A program made the translations under genes and the position numbers. From Callorhinchus milii (Eukaryota): 64,000 nt of DNA. The notes below the pieces were generated by a model that worked only from the letters and a program-made list of their open reading frames with translations, did not search any database and was not told the DNA's origin. Location: NCBI RefSeq assembly GCF_018977255.1, contig NW_024704742.1, positions 9,488,001 to 9,552,000 of the forward strand, read 5' to 3'. Shown piece after piece: positions 50,946 through 63,262 of this stretch; the stretch's first letter is position 1, and every line of letters starts with the position of its first letter.

Positions 50946-51585
50946 ATGTCTGAGGAAGCTAGTGGACATTCTGCAGACCCCTCCACCCCTCCCTGCCCTG
51001 CCCCGTCTCCCAACGGAACAGCAGCGGAAGATAGTTCAACGGAGACCCAGGCAGAAGGGACGGGAACCCTGGGTCTGACTGGCCTCCTCGCTACTTGCTG
51101 TATCTGTATGGAAGAGGAGCGTGTTCGGACCTGCTTCAGCTCGGAGAAGATGTGCATTGTCCCCATCGTGGCTTGCTTAGTGAGCCTGGGCCTTTGCATC
51201 GCTGGCCTCAAGTGGGTTTTTGTGGACAAGATATTTGAGTATGAACCTTTCACGCACCTTGATCCCAAGCGCATAGGGCAGGATCCTATCATCTCCGCGG
51301 ACCAAATAACAGTGACCGAGTGGCCGTCAACAACTCTGTTTATCTCCACCATCCCGGTGTCTGGCACGGAGCAGAAGCCAGTGGACTCTCTGGTGCCCAC
51401 TTCAACTCCCTTCAGTAACCCATCAACGCACAGTCCTACCTCATCTCCCCCCTTCCTGCCCTCTGTCATACTCGAGTCTTTCTCCTCAGAGCCCATAGGC
51501 ACCAAAGGCCACAAAGTGATGCAAACTTCAGCGGTAACATTTCCTCAAATGACAGAAACAAACCTTATTATTGCACCGGGGATCG
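50946..51585 (+). CDS. NRG1: Neuregulin-1 type III (CRD/SMDF) first coding exon with cysteine-rich domain and N-terminal transmembrane segment
   Basis: Encodes MSEEAS...CCICMEEERVRTCFSSEKMCIVPIVACLVSLGLCIAGLKWVFVDKIFEYEPFTHLDP, then a Ser/Thr/Pro-rich stalk and ETNLIIAPGI. Ends at phase-1 donor G|gtaagt (intron starts 51586). Closely resembles mammalian CRD-NRG1 (EKICIVPILACLVSLCLCIAGLKWVFVDKIFEY; ETNLQTAPKL). Confidence 0.96.
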
Positions 51586-53319
51586 GTAAGTTTACTTTTC
51601 TGTTTTTCTCTCCCACCCGATCTTGCTCTTCCAGTTGCACTTTATAATCTGCCCAGTTGCAATGTTCCGTGTTCGATTTTCTATATCACAATTGCCAAAT
51701 AATGGAGATGAGTAAAACAGCTGTATTTTACATTCATTCAAAACGGCTTATTGCGTCCTGTTCCAGGTGTTAATTTCCAAAAAGGCAATTTTTGAAGTCC
51801 TTTGCTTTTAAAGAAAGAATTAAAACAACCAAATTGTGATCTAGAAAATATTGTATATTGCAGTGCCCTCTGATTCATCTCTTTTGAAAGGGATTTCTGC
51901 TGGTTGGTTAAAGACACTAGGAAGCTGGAGCCAGCACTGTTATTGTGTTTTAAAAATACAGAAAATCCTTGTTAGAAGAAGATGCTCCTATTTTATCATC
52001 AAGCGCTGTGCTCTAATAGGGTTTGACACACTTAGCCTGTAGGCTGATGGATCAAATAGGCTGATGGTGGAATATTATTGTTTGGTCCCCTGATCCAAAG
52101 TTTCAAAGTGTTTTTGTAACTCTTATTTCCTCCGTAAGTGAGATTCACTATTTTTAACAGTGTTTTATCACAAAAAGGCAAGAAAATGATTCCATTTTTG
52201 AATGGTACTGCCTACTCGAGTAGACAAAATAGCTGGGCTATCCTTTCTACTCTATAAAGCTATTCCATCTTTAAAACAAGATCAATATTTTCCCTGTGTT
52301 TCAAAAGCGGCTTCTTTTTCGTTTTTCTTTCCCTCTGTGATTCCTTGCCTACTTTGAAGATGTTTTCAAGGTCAGTCTCTGCTGTTGGGCTAATTGATTC
52401 ATGTCTATTCTGAAGACTTATGGAAAGACAATCCTGGTAATGTTGTCTTAGAGGTTACATAGTTGTTCAATGACTTACTGGATTTTTTTTCCTATTAATC
52501 TTTGACTCTTTGCCATGTCTTTGATATTCCAGTGTTCCAACTTGTTTAACATATCCTTATTTTTCACTGCAAGGCAGTGCTAGATTTCTAATAGTTTTAT
52601 TGTCTCTGGACTCGGATCTTCTACAGCTACCCGCAACTGCTCTTGAAGGGAACAGGTTTGGTTCATCAATCCTGGGGTACTTTTGTTTTGGCAGCTTCGC
52701 TGAGAAAGGCAGGCAGTGCATCAGGTTGTCATGCTTTTGTGGGCAGAAATTTTAGGCTAAAATCAATACACAGTGGTTGAGGTCAAAGGTGGAGTGGTGG
52801 GTGGGTGGGGTTGGGGGGACATAAAGCTAAACACGTGATTGCAGCTGTTACCAGAAGGTTATTCCTTGTCTTAAGGCAAGTAGAACAAATTGCATCTAGT
52901 TTTTAAGGATTGTTCCTCAAGCAATGACAATGCACCACCATATGTCTTTATTGATTCATGCTTCCCACAACACATTCAGCACACCACCATTGGAGGTGTT
53001 TGGGTGAAAATGCATTTAATAAGACAATATGCTCTGGTGATGTTGGTTTTAGATAAACTTACATATGAAACAATCCTGCATCTAGCAACACCAACATCCT
53101 GCATTTACACAGCACTTTATATGCAGGAGAGCCTCTCAACCCACTCTGTGTTCCTCTTAATTTATATTTACAGAAACCTGCTTGGCAGTTCTCTTGCGCG
53201 CACGCTCTCTCTCTCTCTCTCTCTGTCTCTAGAACGTCCAACTAAGTAAGGTGGTGGCAGTGGCTTAAGAACTGGAGTTAGCTTTCCCAGTAGGTGTGAA
53301 ATGATAACTTGAATTGATG

Positions 53320-53668
53320 GATAATCCTTGCATTTGATATAGCACCTTATCACTTCATCGAAATGTCTCAAAGCGCTTCATAGGATATACTCTAAAGTGG
53401 TTTGATTGTATATTTTGTGGGCAAAACATGGCAGCCAATTGCACACAGCAATCTCCCACAAACAGCCATAGAGTGAGTGACCAATTTTATTTGGGGGATT
53501 GTTGGCCAGGACAAGCAATAAGAGCGCAGCGTAATTCTTATCTGAAGGACAGCACTCGAACAATGTAGCACATCCCCAATACTGCATTGGAGTGTCATCT
53601 TAGACTATGTGAACCCGCAACCTTCTGATTCAGAGGGGGTGTGCTACAACTGAGCCAGGCTGACACCT
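53320..53668 (-). mobile_element. SacSINE1-like DeuSINE
   Basis: Reverse complement of head (ctcagttgtagcac...gaatcagaaggttg), Deu block and tail. Confidence 0.72.
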
Positions 53669-54373
53669 AAATTGGTGTTCTTCCTAATCTGGAGGAATAT
53701 TATTGTTTGGTACCCTGATCCAAATGTCATCAGAATACATATTTTCAGTTATGAGGGGTGATATGTGATATGATATCATCCTCACATTGATCCCTCTCCC
53801 CCAACAGATCGGCCTTATCTGTGCTGGTGTTAATTCACCCCCAGATGTACTCTGTGAAATCAATATCTTTATCAGTTTCCCCAATGGTGTGTACTATACT
53901 TTGTAACATTAATAAAAAAACATTGCATTTGATACAGGGCCTATCTCTGAGACCTATCTGAAAATGCTTCACAGTTAATTACTATAAAGTGTAGTACTTA
54001 GGCATCTGTAGGTGAAAACAGCAGTCAATTTACATACAATAATGACTAACATACAGATAGCAAGAGTACTACAAACTGAGCCAGACTGACAATGGGGGTA
54101 AAAAATGAAAGAGGTAGACCAGAAATAGATTTTAATAACAATTTTGTGTAAGAACTTAAAGAGATCATGTTGGTGAAAGATGCTCTCTTAAATTCTCCTT
54201 TTGTTCAGGACATTCACCTTCAATTTGCCCACAAAACACACAATCACTACACTTTCCACTGTGAAGTGCTTTGGGGCAGCTTCCCACTGTGAAAGACGCT
54301 ATACCAAATGTAAGGATCATAATTCTTAATTGATTACAACATGAAGCTATCACAGTGACTGATACTGATCTAT

Positions 54374-55406
54374 ATGCTCCCCCTTGGTGACATCATCTGC
54401 AGACGTGGGGTTAACTTCCGCATGTATGCGGATGACACCCAACTCTACCTTTCCTCCTCTACCCTCAACTCCATGACCACCGATGTCCTGACAGTCTGCC
54501 TGTCCGACATCGAGTCCTGGACGAGAGACAACTTTCTTCAGCTCAACGTGCGCAAAGCTGAGGCCCTCCTGATTGGCTCACGTCAGCGCCTCCGCACCTC
54601 AGGCGCTGACAGCATCAGCATCCAAGGCTGCACTCTCCACCTCTCAACGCCGGTCAGGAACCTCGGTGTTCTGTTCGATCCTGAGCTGTCCTTTCTTCCT
54701 CATATCTGCGCCACAAATGGCACCGCCTTCCATCACCTCTGAAACATCGCTGGGCTATGGCACTACCTCACCCCTCACGCTGCTGAAACTCTGGTCCACG
54801 CCTTTATCACCTCAAGGCTGGACTATGGGAACTCTCTCCTCGTCGGCCTTCCCGGCACCTCCCTCCGCAAGCTGCAGGTCATTCAGAACTCTGCAGCTCG
54901 TGTACTGTCCCGCACCAGGCTTCGGGACCACATCACTCCCACCTTCGCTCGCCTCCACTGGCTCCCCATCCCCCAGAGGATCGAATTCAAGATCCTCACC
55001 CTCACCTACAAGGCCATTCACGGCCTTGCTCCCTTCTACCTCTCCGACCTACTATCCCCCTAACTACCTGCCCGTACCCTCCGTTCCTCTGGCTCCGGTC
55101 TGCTCCACACACCCCACCCTACCCGCCCTACCATCAGTGGCCGGGCCTTCAGCCTCTCAGCCCCTAGGCTCTGGAACTCCATCCCCCAGTGCCTTCGCCG
55201 CCTCCTCCCTTTCCTCCTTCAAGGCCGGTCTCAAGACCTTTCTCTTTGACCGTGCCTTCAGCTCCTCTCTCGACTCTCTACCCCTCCTCGCTCCCTCCCT
55301 TCCCTCCCCTCACCATTTCCCTCCTGCTCAGGTCCCAACCCAATTGTCCAGCGCCTTGGGACGTCCTCCCAACGTGAAAGGCGCTCTATAAATGGAATCT
55401 TGTTGA
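54374..55406 (+). mobile_element. Young L2 LINE, 5'-truncated (RT YADD to 3' tail)
   Basis: Encodes MLPLGDII...FRMYADDTQLYLS...NFLQLN...RNLGVLFD, then LVHAFITSRLDY, LHWLP and FKAGLKTFLF. Tail gcgccttgggacgtcctcccaacgtgaaaggcgctctataaat. CpGs retained; in-frame stops present. Confidence 0.92.
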
Positions 55407-56278
55407 TACAGGGTGCCTTTCCACGCAGAGGGTTGAGAGTTGTGCAGCAAATATCACTATAAAACAGCCTGGAAATCTATTACAACAATGATTTCATTCT
55501 CTGACACCCTTACAGCAGAACAACAGTGATTTATACCAGTGGGGTCTCATTTGTAAGACACTTTGGAGTAAAGAGTGGAACATTTCATGTACGAGGGAGT
55601 GAAAGAAGGATTGCTGCTTTGTGGTCATTATTCACCTTTTTCACACCTGAATATATGAGAGTTTCTCCTACATGAAGAGCAAGTTGCTCATTCCAATGAA
55701 TGTTCCTGTTTCCAACATTAAAAAAAAACAACCTCAGCAGGCTCGACTGACTTACTGTTCCACAGCAGATCATCTTTAAGATCCTTGTTCTTACCTCCAA
55801 ATCCCTCTGATTCTTGCTGCACCCTACTTGAGTCCTACTCCCTCTGCTCTGACAAACGAGGTCTGCTTCATGTCCTCATTGTCTGACTTTTCAGGCTGAT
55901 ACCTGCTGCTCTTTGGATCTCTCTCTCCCTCTCTCCCTAAATCTCACTGCCTCCAACTCTGTTTTCAAAACCCATCTGAAAACCTACTTCTTTTACTGCA
56001 TCTCTGGCTACCCCTCCCATCTCCACCACACGCTCCATCCCTGAAAAGTGCTTTGAGACACTTTCCAACGTGAGAAATGCTAATTGTTATCGTTTGTTGT
56101 GAGGAGTACTATTGAATCTTCTTCTCATTGTTATGTTCCATCTCTTTGGTGTTCAGCTGGCACCCATGAAAGCTGACTTGAGGCTGAGTCAGCAAGTTCA
56201 GAAGAGGAGAGTGGAGAATCCCAAGGGAGGAGAGAGTAGCCTGGGGTTTTCATGAGGGGTTTTCAAGAAGCTATATTT

Positions 56279-56455
56279 CATAGAATTATACAGCACAGAA
56301 GGAGGCCATTCAGCCCATCGTGCCTGTACCAACACTTTGAAAAGAGCTATCCAAATCAATCCCACACCCCCACTTTCTCCCCATAGTCCTGCAAACTTGT
56401 TCTTCCCATATAATTATCTACTTCTCTCATAAAAGTTGTTATCGAATCGGCTTAT
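56279..56455 (-). mobile_element. CR1 LINE 3' end
   Basis: catagaattatacagcacagaaggaggccattcagcccatcg matches the 36180 copy. Similar short ends lie at 4570-4688, 13800-13930 and 17869-17935. Confidence 0.8.
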
Positions 56456-56699
56456 TTGATATAAGGTTATTTGCATGGGTTCCTTATGGAAGTGTTCCTG
56501 GTAAATTGTGCTGTATTTTTAAACGTGGATTTGCATTATACAAAACAATGATGCGATCTGTGCCAGGAACATGCAAGAAACAGTAATGGGATGAATGACT
56601 AGTGAATCATGCTACTGTACTCAGGGATAATTGCTTTGCTGAAGGGGATATCTTTCAAACAACATTCTTATAAGTTTATTATAGAACCTGGTACAGAAG

Positions 56700-57020
56700 C
56701 AACCCCAATGGTGCAGTGCATAGAGCTTCACATGCTGAGTTTGCTGATCTCAATCCTGGTTGCATGTGGGAAGGTGGTGGTGGGGGGGGGCAGCTAAATT
56801 GATGACACCTAACACAATGTTATGGAAGCAAATTCCTCTACAGTATCCTCTAGTGATTGTACATGTGGGGCAGCTGGATGGGGAGAGGTTAGACTCAGCT
56901 GTGACTTCCTCTACAGTCAAGTAGCTTCCTGACACTCACTGCCAAGGCTCACACAGTGGACACTTGGGCAAGGTAACAAAGGACAGTCATTGCTCATGGA
57001 CCTGCCCACCCCCCAGCTCC
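56700..57020 (+). mobile_element. Ancient SINE remnant (AmnSINE2-like)
   Basis: tgctgagtttgctgatctca...cctgacactcactgccaaggctcacac...cacttgggcaaggta. Confidence 0.5.
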
Positions 57021-58310
57021 CCCCAAAACAAGAAGGGGCTAAACCGAGACCATGTGAAAATTAAAAAAATAATTGGACCTGCTAAAAATTTGGATACCTC
57101 TTGTCTCATCGTAGTCTCATTACTGCAATCAATATATCCCCACTAGCTTCCAATTAGAAGAGGAGAACATAAAGCTTTTTTACCATGCGCTACGATATCT
57201 ATGACATGTTGATCAGTAGCGCTAGTGATCTTTATAAACAGGTAACAAATCAACCGATAGCAGTAGCAATTGGAGTGTGGACAGAGCTGCTGTAAATTAC
57301 AAGGAAGAAGCAATATCTAGTAGCAATTTCTGGATAGAAATTCAATTCCAGGGTGCCACTGAAATTGTCTGAGCTCCATTCTCATAGTTCATCAGCTTAT
57401 TAGAATCATTGAATTGAATTGTCGCCTTGTCATGTAACATCAAGATAGCTGGGTGATGTTCTGCTGTGGCAGTAAGTCAGCACGTGATTACAATGTAGGC
57501 AGGTGATGACGAATAACATTATAACCACATATCAAAATGCACAAAATATACTGGCTAATCTGTATCGCACAGCCCCATGTGTCCAGCGCCCACTGGAAAG
57601 TTCACGCTGAAACATACTGGAAACGCTTTCTATGTGTCAGTGTTCTCCAATCGGGGAGTTAAGTGTCAGCCTGGCTCAATTGTTAGCAATCTTGCCATTG
57701 AGTCAGAAGCACTCGGTAAAACAATGACTTATTATTTAACTGTATCTTTGTTATTCTGATATATTGAGGGAATCCTGCTTATCCTGATAGGGGTGGAGGG
57801 GTAATGAAGAATATTCAGTTAGTTTATTTTACATATACAGTACATAATAGACAGTACACAATATATAATGATCTGCTTGAGGAAGATACATTTCCTGACA
57901 CTGCTGATATTTGCATGGCTGTTTTGAATTCTGGTTGACCACTAAAATAACCACTGTTAACCATTAACAGAATAAGGGAAATTGTAGCGCATATAAAATC
58001 AATGGCTGGAATGGCCCAGAGTTGCAGTGTGACAGATAAGTGTGTAATAAATAATAATAATAATCCTTGAATTTGATATAGTGCCTTAATCACGTCATTG
58101 AGACGTCTCAAAGTGCTTCACAGAATATACTGTAAAGTGTTGTGACTGTAGATATTGTGGGCGAAAGTGTAGTTTAGGAAGGAAGAAAGCAATGGAAGCA
58201 GCTGAGAAATAATTGTTTGCCTCAATAAATCTGAACAGCTGTCTCCAAATAGCACCAAAATATTACCTGATGCATCCCTGCAAAATGACTCAAGTAAGCT
58301 ATTCCCATTG

Positions 58311-58941
58311 TAACATTGAGTTTTTAAATTTTCCACAGTTCTGAGCGATCCTAAAAGGCAAATTAGTTTTATAGGTTAAGACTCAGTCACATTTCTTTCA
58401 GATGAGACAATAAACCAAGTTTGCCTGTTCAGGTGGATATTAAATGCTACGGCACTGTTCGAAAAGAGAAGGGAGTTTCTTTCCGGGGTGTCCTGGTCAA
58501 CAATCCTTCAAATAAAACTGGTCATTCACTTCATGGCTGTTTGTGGGACGTTACTGTGTACACATTCGTAGGCATAGCCATTCACAAAACATACACAGTT
58601 ACTACATTTTATAATATATCCTGTGAAGCTCTTTGGGATGCCTCCTGACACAGTGCTTTACCAAATATAAGGATTATTATTATCTTATTATTTCAGATCT
58701 CAGGTTAGACCTGAGAATCATGTACTTCATTCAGCAGGTTCGGATTGGATCAGGTGGATGTGTGTGGATTAACAACCCTGTTGTGTGATGGAAGTGGGGA
58801 AGGGGGAATAAGTGTTGTGATGGCTAATAATCACACCACCTCTGCTTGTCCATTTAAGGACACATTACCATGCATAAAACTCAACTCTTACACTAAACAG
58901 ATGTTTTCAACTCAAAGGAAACCATTAATCCATTGGCAAAA
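58311..58941 (+). repeat. Copy 1 of a ~630-bp local direct duplication
   Basis: Colinear with 60616-61238, including non-repeat sequence. Confidence 0.85.
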
Positions 58942-58944
58942 CAG

Positions 58945-59465
58945 GATGCTGGGCTAAATCAGTTGAGGTTAGATCCTCAGATGTCACACTTAAGCACTAT
59001 AGTGATCTGGTCAGCCTGCACCAGGCGGATGGTGTATTATTCTGGTCATCATGACAGAAGGAGGTTATGAAGGAGAGCAACAAGGATGATCCCCATTGTT
59101 AGAGGAATGAGCTATGAGCAATCTACATGTTCATGAGGTGTCGTCACTTCAGTCTTGAGAGACAAGAGCTCATGAACAGGTATAAAATTTGAAATGGGAT
59201 TGGAAAAGTAAACCCAATTCAATACTTTAGAATTCACCAAGACAGCAGACCAAGAGGACAAAGGTTTATGTTGCAAATGATAATTTCAGGATAGCTACCA
59301 TTGTTTTTCTTTACTCAGAGGGTAAGCAAAGACTGAAATAGGTTACCAGGAAAGGTGGTTGAGGTCGGGACACTGGACTCATTTAAAAAGCAGCTTGATG
59401 CTGTGATGGGAGGATGACATCAGAAAGGTCGAAGGGGCATCATCCTCCAAACCAATCTGGTAATT
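58945..59465 (+). mobile_element. Old CR1-type LINE 3' fragment
   Basis: gttagatcctcagatgtcacacttaagcactat and aaaagtaaaccc are shared with 40165-40738. Confidence 0.6.
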
Positions 59466-60534
59466 CGTATGGTGGATGTTCTAGAGTTTTTCCTTGAATG
59501 AGTTGATAACTTGGGAGAGCTTTTTCCCTGGAGTGGGTGGGGTGGATTTGAGTGGTCTGTTGAACAAGCGGGCTCGATGGGTCAAACAACTTTTCTGTGC
59601 ATTTTGTGTTCTTAAGCAACCTAAATGAAAATTGCCAGCAGCAAGTTTACTTAATGGCACAGTGGAGAAGTCTTGTCTTTGCTTGGCAGTCAAACCATGT
59701 TGCTTCATAATGATGCTGAATTGATTTTGTCATGTGCACCACTACACTGCAGGTAAGACAAAAGACCTACGCAGCCAAAAAGAAGTTGCCCAATAGATGA
59801 CATCTTTGGCCTGAGAAACAATTAGCAAGTCAAACTTCTGACCCCCAAAAAATCAACTTCAAGGAGTCAGTGATGCACTTTTGAAAGACTGATGAATTAT
59901 TGATATGTTCTGGAGGTTCATGATGGCTCAGGGGCTATTGAACAGTCCCACCTGGAAGTAGAAGCTATACATGGTCAGAGCTGAAGTCTGCCATGTTTTC
60001 CATTCACATTTAATGACCTGTCCCTCGCTCTTTGGATATGCAATCATAGTACCACTGCAGCTCACTCAAGTTTAGCTGATAAATATCCAGCGAATTGCAG
60101 TGAGATTATTTGTCCAAATGCCAATGCTCCATCCGAACCACAGAAAGCATGTAGGTGCGAGGTTGTAAATTCCTTCTGCTTGTTGTGGGATGCTGATGGC
60201 ATGATTTAGGTACCCCAGTTGTGTACATTCAGTCCACCACTTTGCCTAATGTGATGTCCTTGGACACATTTCACCACACTAAAGTACTGTGTCAAAAGTA
60301 TTGAATTTCATCCTCTGAAAAAATTAATAGTGGTAAATATAACCCAAAGCCATGCAATTGTACCTAAAGTACTTTAACATTTACCTACTGAAAACCAACA
60401 GTGTGATCTGTGAAATTTTCAGTGAGGTTGTTAAACCCATTGAAAACATAGAGGAGGAACATTAAAACAAGGAGGTCTGAAATTCCAGAGTCTTAGCCTG
60501 AAAGATCTTCTTGCCTTAAAATTATAGCTTGGGT

Positions 60535-60646
60535 AGAATTGTGGCAAATTCTTAAATTCACTCTTAATTTGGACGCCAGTTTTTTTTGGAATTGTGGTGA
60601 AGAGGTTTCCAAATTAACATTGAATTTTAGACTTTTCCACAGTTCT
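60535..60646. repeat. Short palindromic dispersed repeat (MITE-like)
   Basis: 39-bp imperfect inverted arms at 60535-60573 and 60608-60646. Confidence 0.65.
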
Positions 60647-61238
60647 GAGCAATCCTAAATGTTAAGACAAGTTGGTCTTATAGGCTAAGACGAGGTGGTA
60701 TTTATTTTGGATAAGACACCAAACCAATTCAGGTGGACGTTAAAGATCCCATGACACTATTCAAAAAGAGAAGGCAGTTTCTTACTCCTGGTGTCCTGGT
60801 CAACAACCCTCCAAATAAAATTGGTCACTCACTTTATGGCTGTTTGTGGGACCATTACTGCGTGCAACTTTGCTGTCACAATCATCCTCAAGACACACAG
60901 TCACTGCACCTTACAATATATTCTGTGAAGCACTTTGGAACGTCATCTGACATGAAAGCTGCTTTGCCAAATTACTATTATTACATTATAATTTCAGATA
61001 TCAGGTTAGATGTGAATTATGTACTTCAGTATATGAGGTCTCGATCAGGTGGATGGGTGTGGATTAGCAACAGTATTGTGTGATGGAAAGGGGGAATAAG
61101 TGCTGGGATGGCTAATAATCACACTACCTCTGCTTGCTCATTTGAGGACATATTACCATACATAAAACTCAACCCTTACTCTGGTCTAATATCCAGATGT
61201 TTTCAATCCAAAGGAAACTATTTATCCATTGGCAAAAT
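60616..61238 (+). repeat. Copy 2 of a ~630-bp local direct duplication
   Basis: Colinear with 58311-58941. Confidence 0.85.
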
Positions 61239-61407
61239 ACTACAGAACGTGATACAGGTGGAACGGATGTGAAAGTCAGCTGTCTAATGGTATTTTAAAT
61301 TATTTAGCTCAGAGCCGCTCTATTTTGCTGTGTATGGTCTTGACCAGTATTAGTCTATTTTTATTAACACTCTGTTTCCTAACTGTCGCCCTTCCTCCAC
61401 ACAAATG

Positions 61408-61500
61408 TGCACACACACACACACTCTCTCTCACGCACACACACACGCACACTCTCGCACGCACGCACGCACACACACACACACTTACATACTCACACAA
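61408..61500. repeat. (CA)n/(CACG)n microsatellite
   Basis: Directly visible. Confidence 0.9.
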
Positions 61501-62946
61501 ACAGGCCCTTATGTTGTCTGATCAATATTTGATTCTCCTTTCACTAGTGAGGTTTGAGCTCAAGGGAAAAACCTGAGGAATCTAAAGTGACGTCTAATAG
61601 GGTAGCCAGGAAATGAGAAAGCTTTAGTGGTGCTTTGTCTAGAGGGGATTGATTAGCTACAATCAAGGAGAAAACGAGGAGGGTGGGGAGATGAGGAAAG
61701 GGAAACCACTTCAAGTGTTTTCAGAATGCAAAATAATAAAGACGTTTTTAAAAAATATATGAATTAGTTGGTTTACGTTCAATAGAAAGCTGACTGGAGC
61801 CCGAGCAATGGAGCAGGTTCACAGTGCTGCACATGTGACTGACTCTCAGCTCACGCACAGTTACTTTTAATCTGTTAAACTGGCTCTCGAGATATACATT
61901 CTGGGAGAGTGGGATGGAAATGTAGTGGTATGGGGAAAGGACAGGTAAATGGTTTTGTAAGGATTGCCCTTCAAGAAGCAGCACAGATACAATGTGTCAT
62001 TATGGCCGTCTTATACAGCGCTCCGGGACGCTACCCTGCGTGAGGGGTGCTATGTAAATGCAGGTTGTTTTTGCTGCTGTTGTTCTGCTGTGAATTTCTA
62101 TGCTTTTGTGCTGAGTTTCCTCTATCTCCACAATTCCGAAGCGATTTCCCTTGAACTTAACTAGCTACCTCCCTCTCCCCTGGACTCACCATGAAGGATT
62201 CCTCCCACTTGAGGAATTTAATTAATTAATATGCACTGACTAAGCAGGTGGCAGAGGTTTTGAGATCTTGGCAGTATTTGTGTATCAACCCCAATCCCAG
62301 CACGTTGAAAATAGATCTTTCCTTTTTCTTTCCTTTTCTTTTTCTTTTACTTTTGGTACTTTTAGCTGTGAAGCCCCATTAACTGTAAGATGTTTAGTGA
62401 TCTTGCAGGTGCTATATCAAGTGCTTATTTTGTAAAATTCAATGCCAGAGAGACTGTGGACTGCATGTTTCCTGGTTTGATTTATGATGCTGCATGCCTG
62501 ACAGTGAAGTATTGCCGTCTGGCTGAGCTCTGGGAAATTACCCATTTTAGGACGACTAATGGCTTGGAGTCTGGACAAATTGGGACGGTGATTCTGACTC
62601 CAAAGTGATGTTAGTCTTTCACAGACTGTGCTGCCTTGCTCAGCGTCTTCTCATATGCAGAGATGGTGTTAGACACCAATCAGCACAGGTTATGAGCTGG
62701 ACCAAGAAAAAAACAACTTGCACTTATATAGCACCCTCCACGCAGAGCATCTCAGAGCGCTCAAATTAAACTGAACATTAAAGATGCAATGTTTAATCGA
62801 TTGAGAATATTCTCTCATTGGAAACTGCGATGACAACCATGTCTTGGTGTGTGTCATTGGTTTATTTTCATGTGTTCAACTTGGCTGCAACGTTGACTAA
62901 TACAATGCCTCACAATTTACAGTAAATAGTCAAAAGTAAATAGACG

Positions 62947-63262
62947 TGGAGTCCTGTAGCTCAGTGGTTAGAGCACTCGCTTTGCAAGTGAGAGACCTGA
63001 GTTCAATTCCAGGCAGAGGGCGAAACCTTGGGCAAGTTTCCTTACTCCACACGCCTAATAATAATCCTCCAAAAAACCAAAAACAATAATTAAATTGGTC
63101 ATTTTCAATCTACGACTGTTTGTGGGACATTGCTGTGCGCAATTGGCTGCCGCGTTCGCCCACAAATATACAGTCAATTCACTTTACAGTGTGTTCTGTG
63201 AAGCGCTTTGGGACGTCCTCCTGACGTGAAAAGCGCTATATCAAATGCAAGGATTATTATTA
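62947..63262 (+). mobile_element. SINE family A, short subfamily, full length
   Basis: tRNA-Ala(TGC)-like head, Deu block, tail gggacgtcctcctgacgtgaaaagcgc and (tta)n. Confidence 0.9.

Noticed and set aside
50918..51514. 198-aa minus-strand ORF
   Set aside because: Antisense shadow of the NRG1 type III exon, with no independent protein features.
54573..55391. 272-aa Ser/Pro-rich ORF
   Set aside because: Alternative frame of a C-rich L2 fragment.
62950..63022. tRNA-Ala-like sequence (also at 17937, 21970, 11160-11232 and others)
   Set aside because: These are SINE heads that continue into SINE body and tail, and the acceptor stem does not pair properly. They are not tRNA genes.
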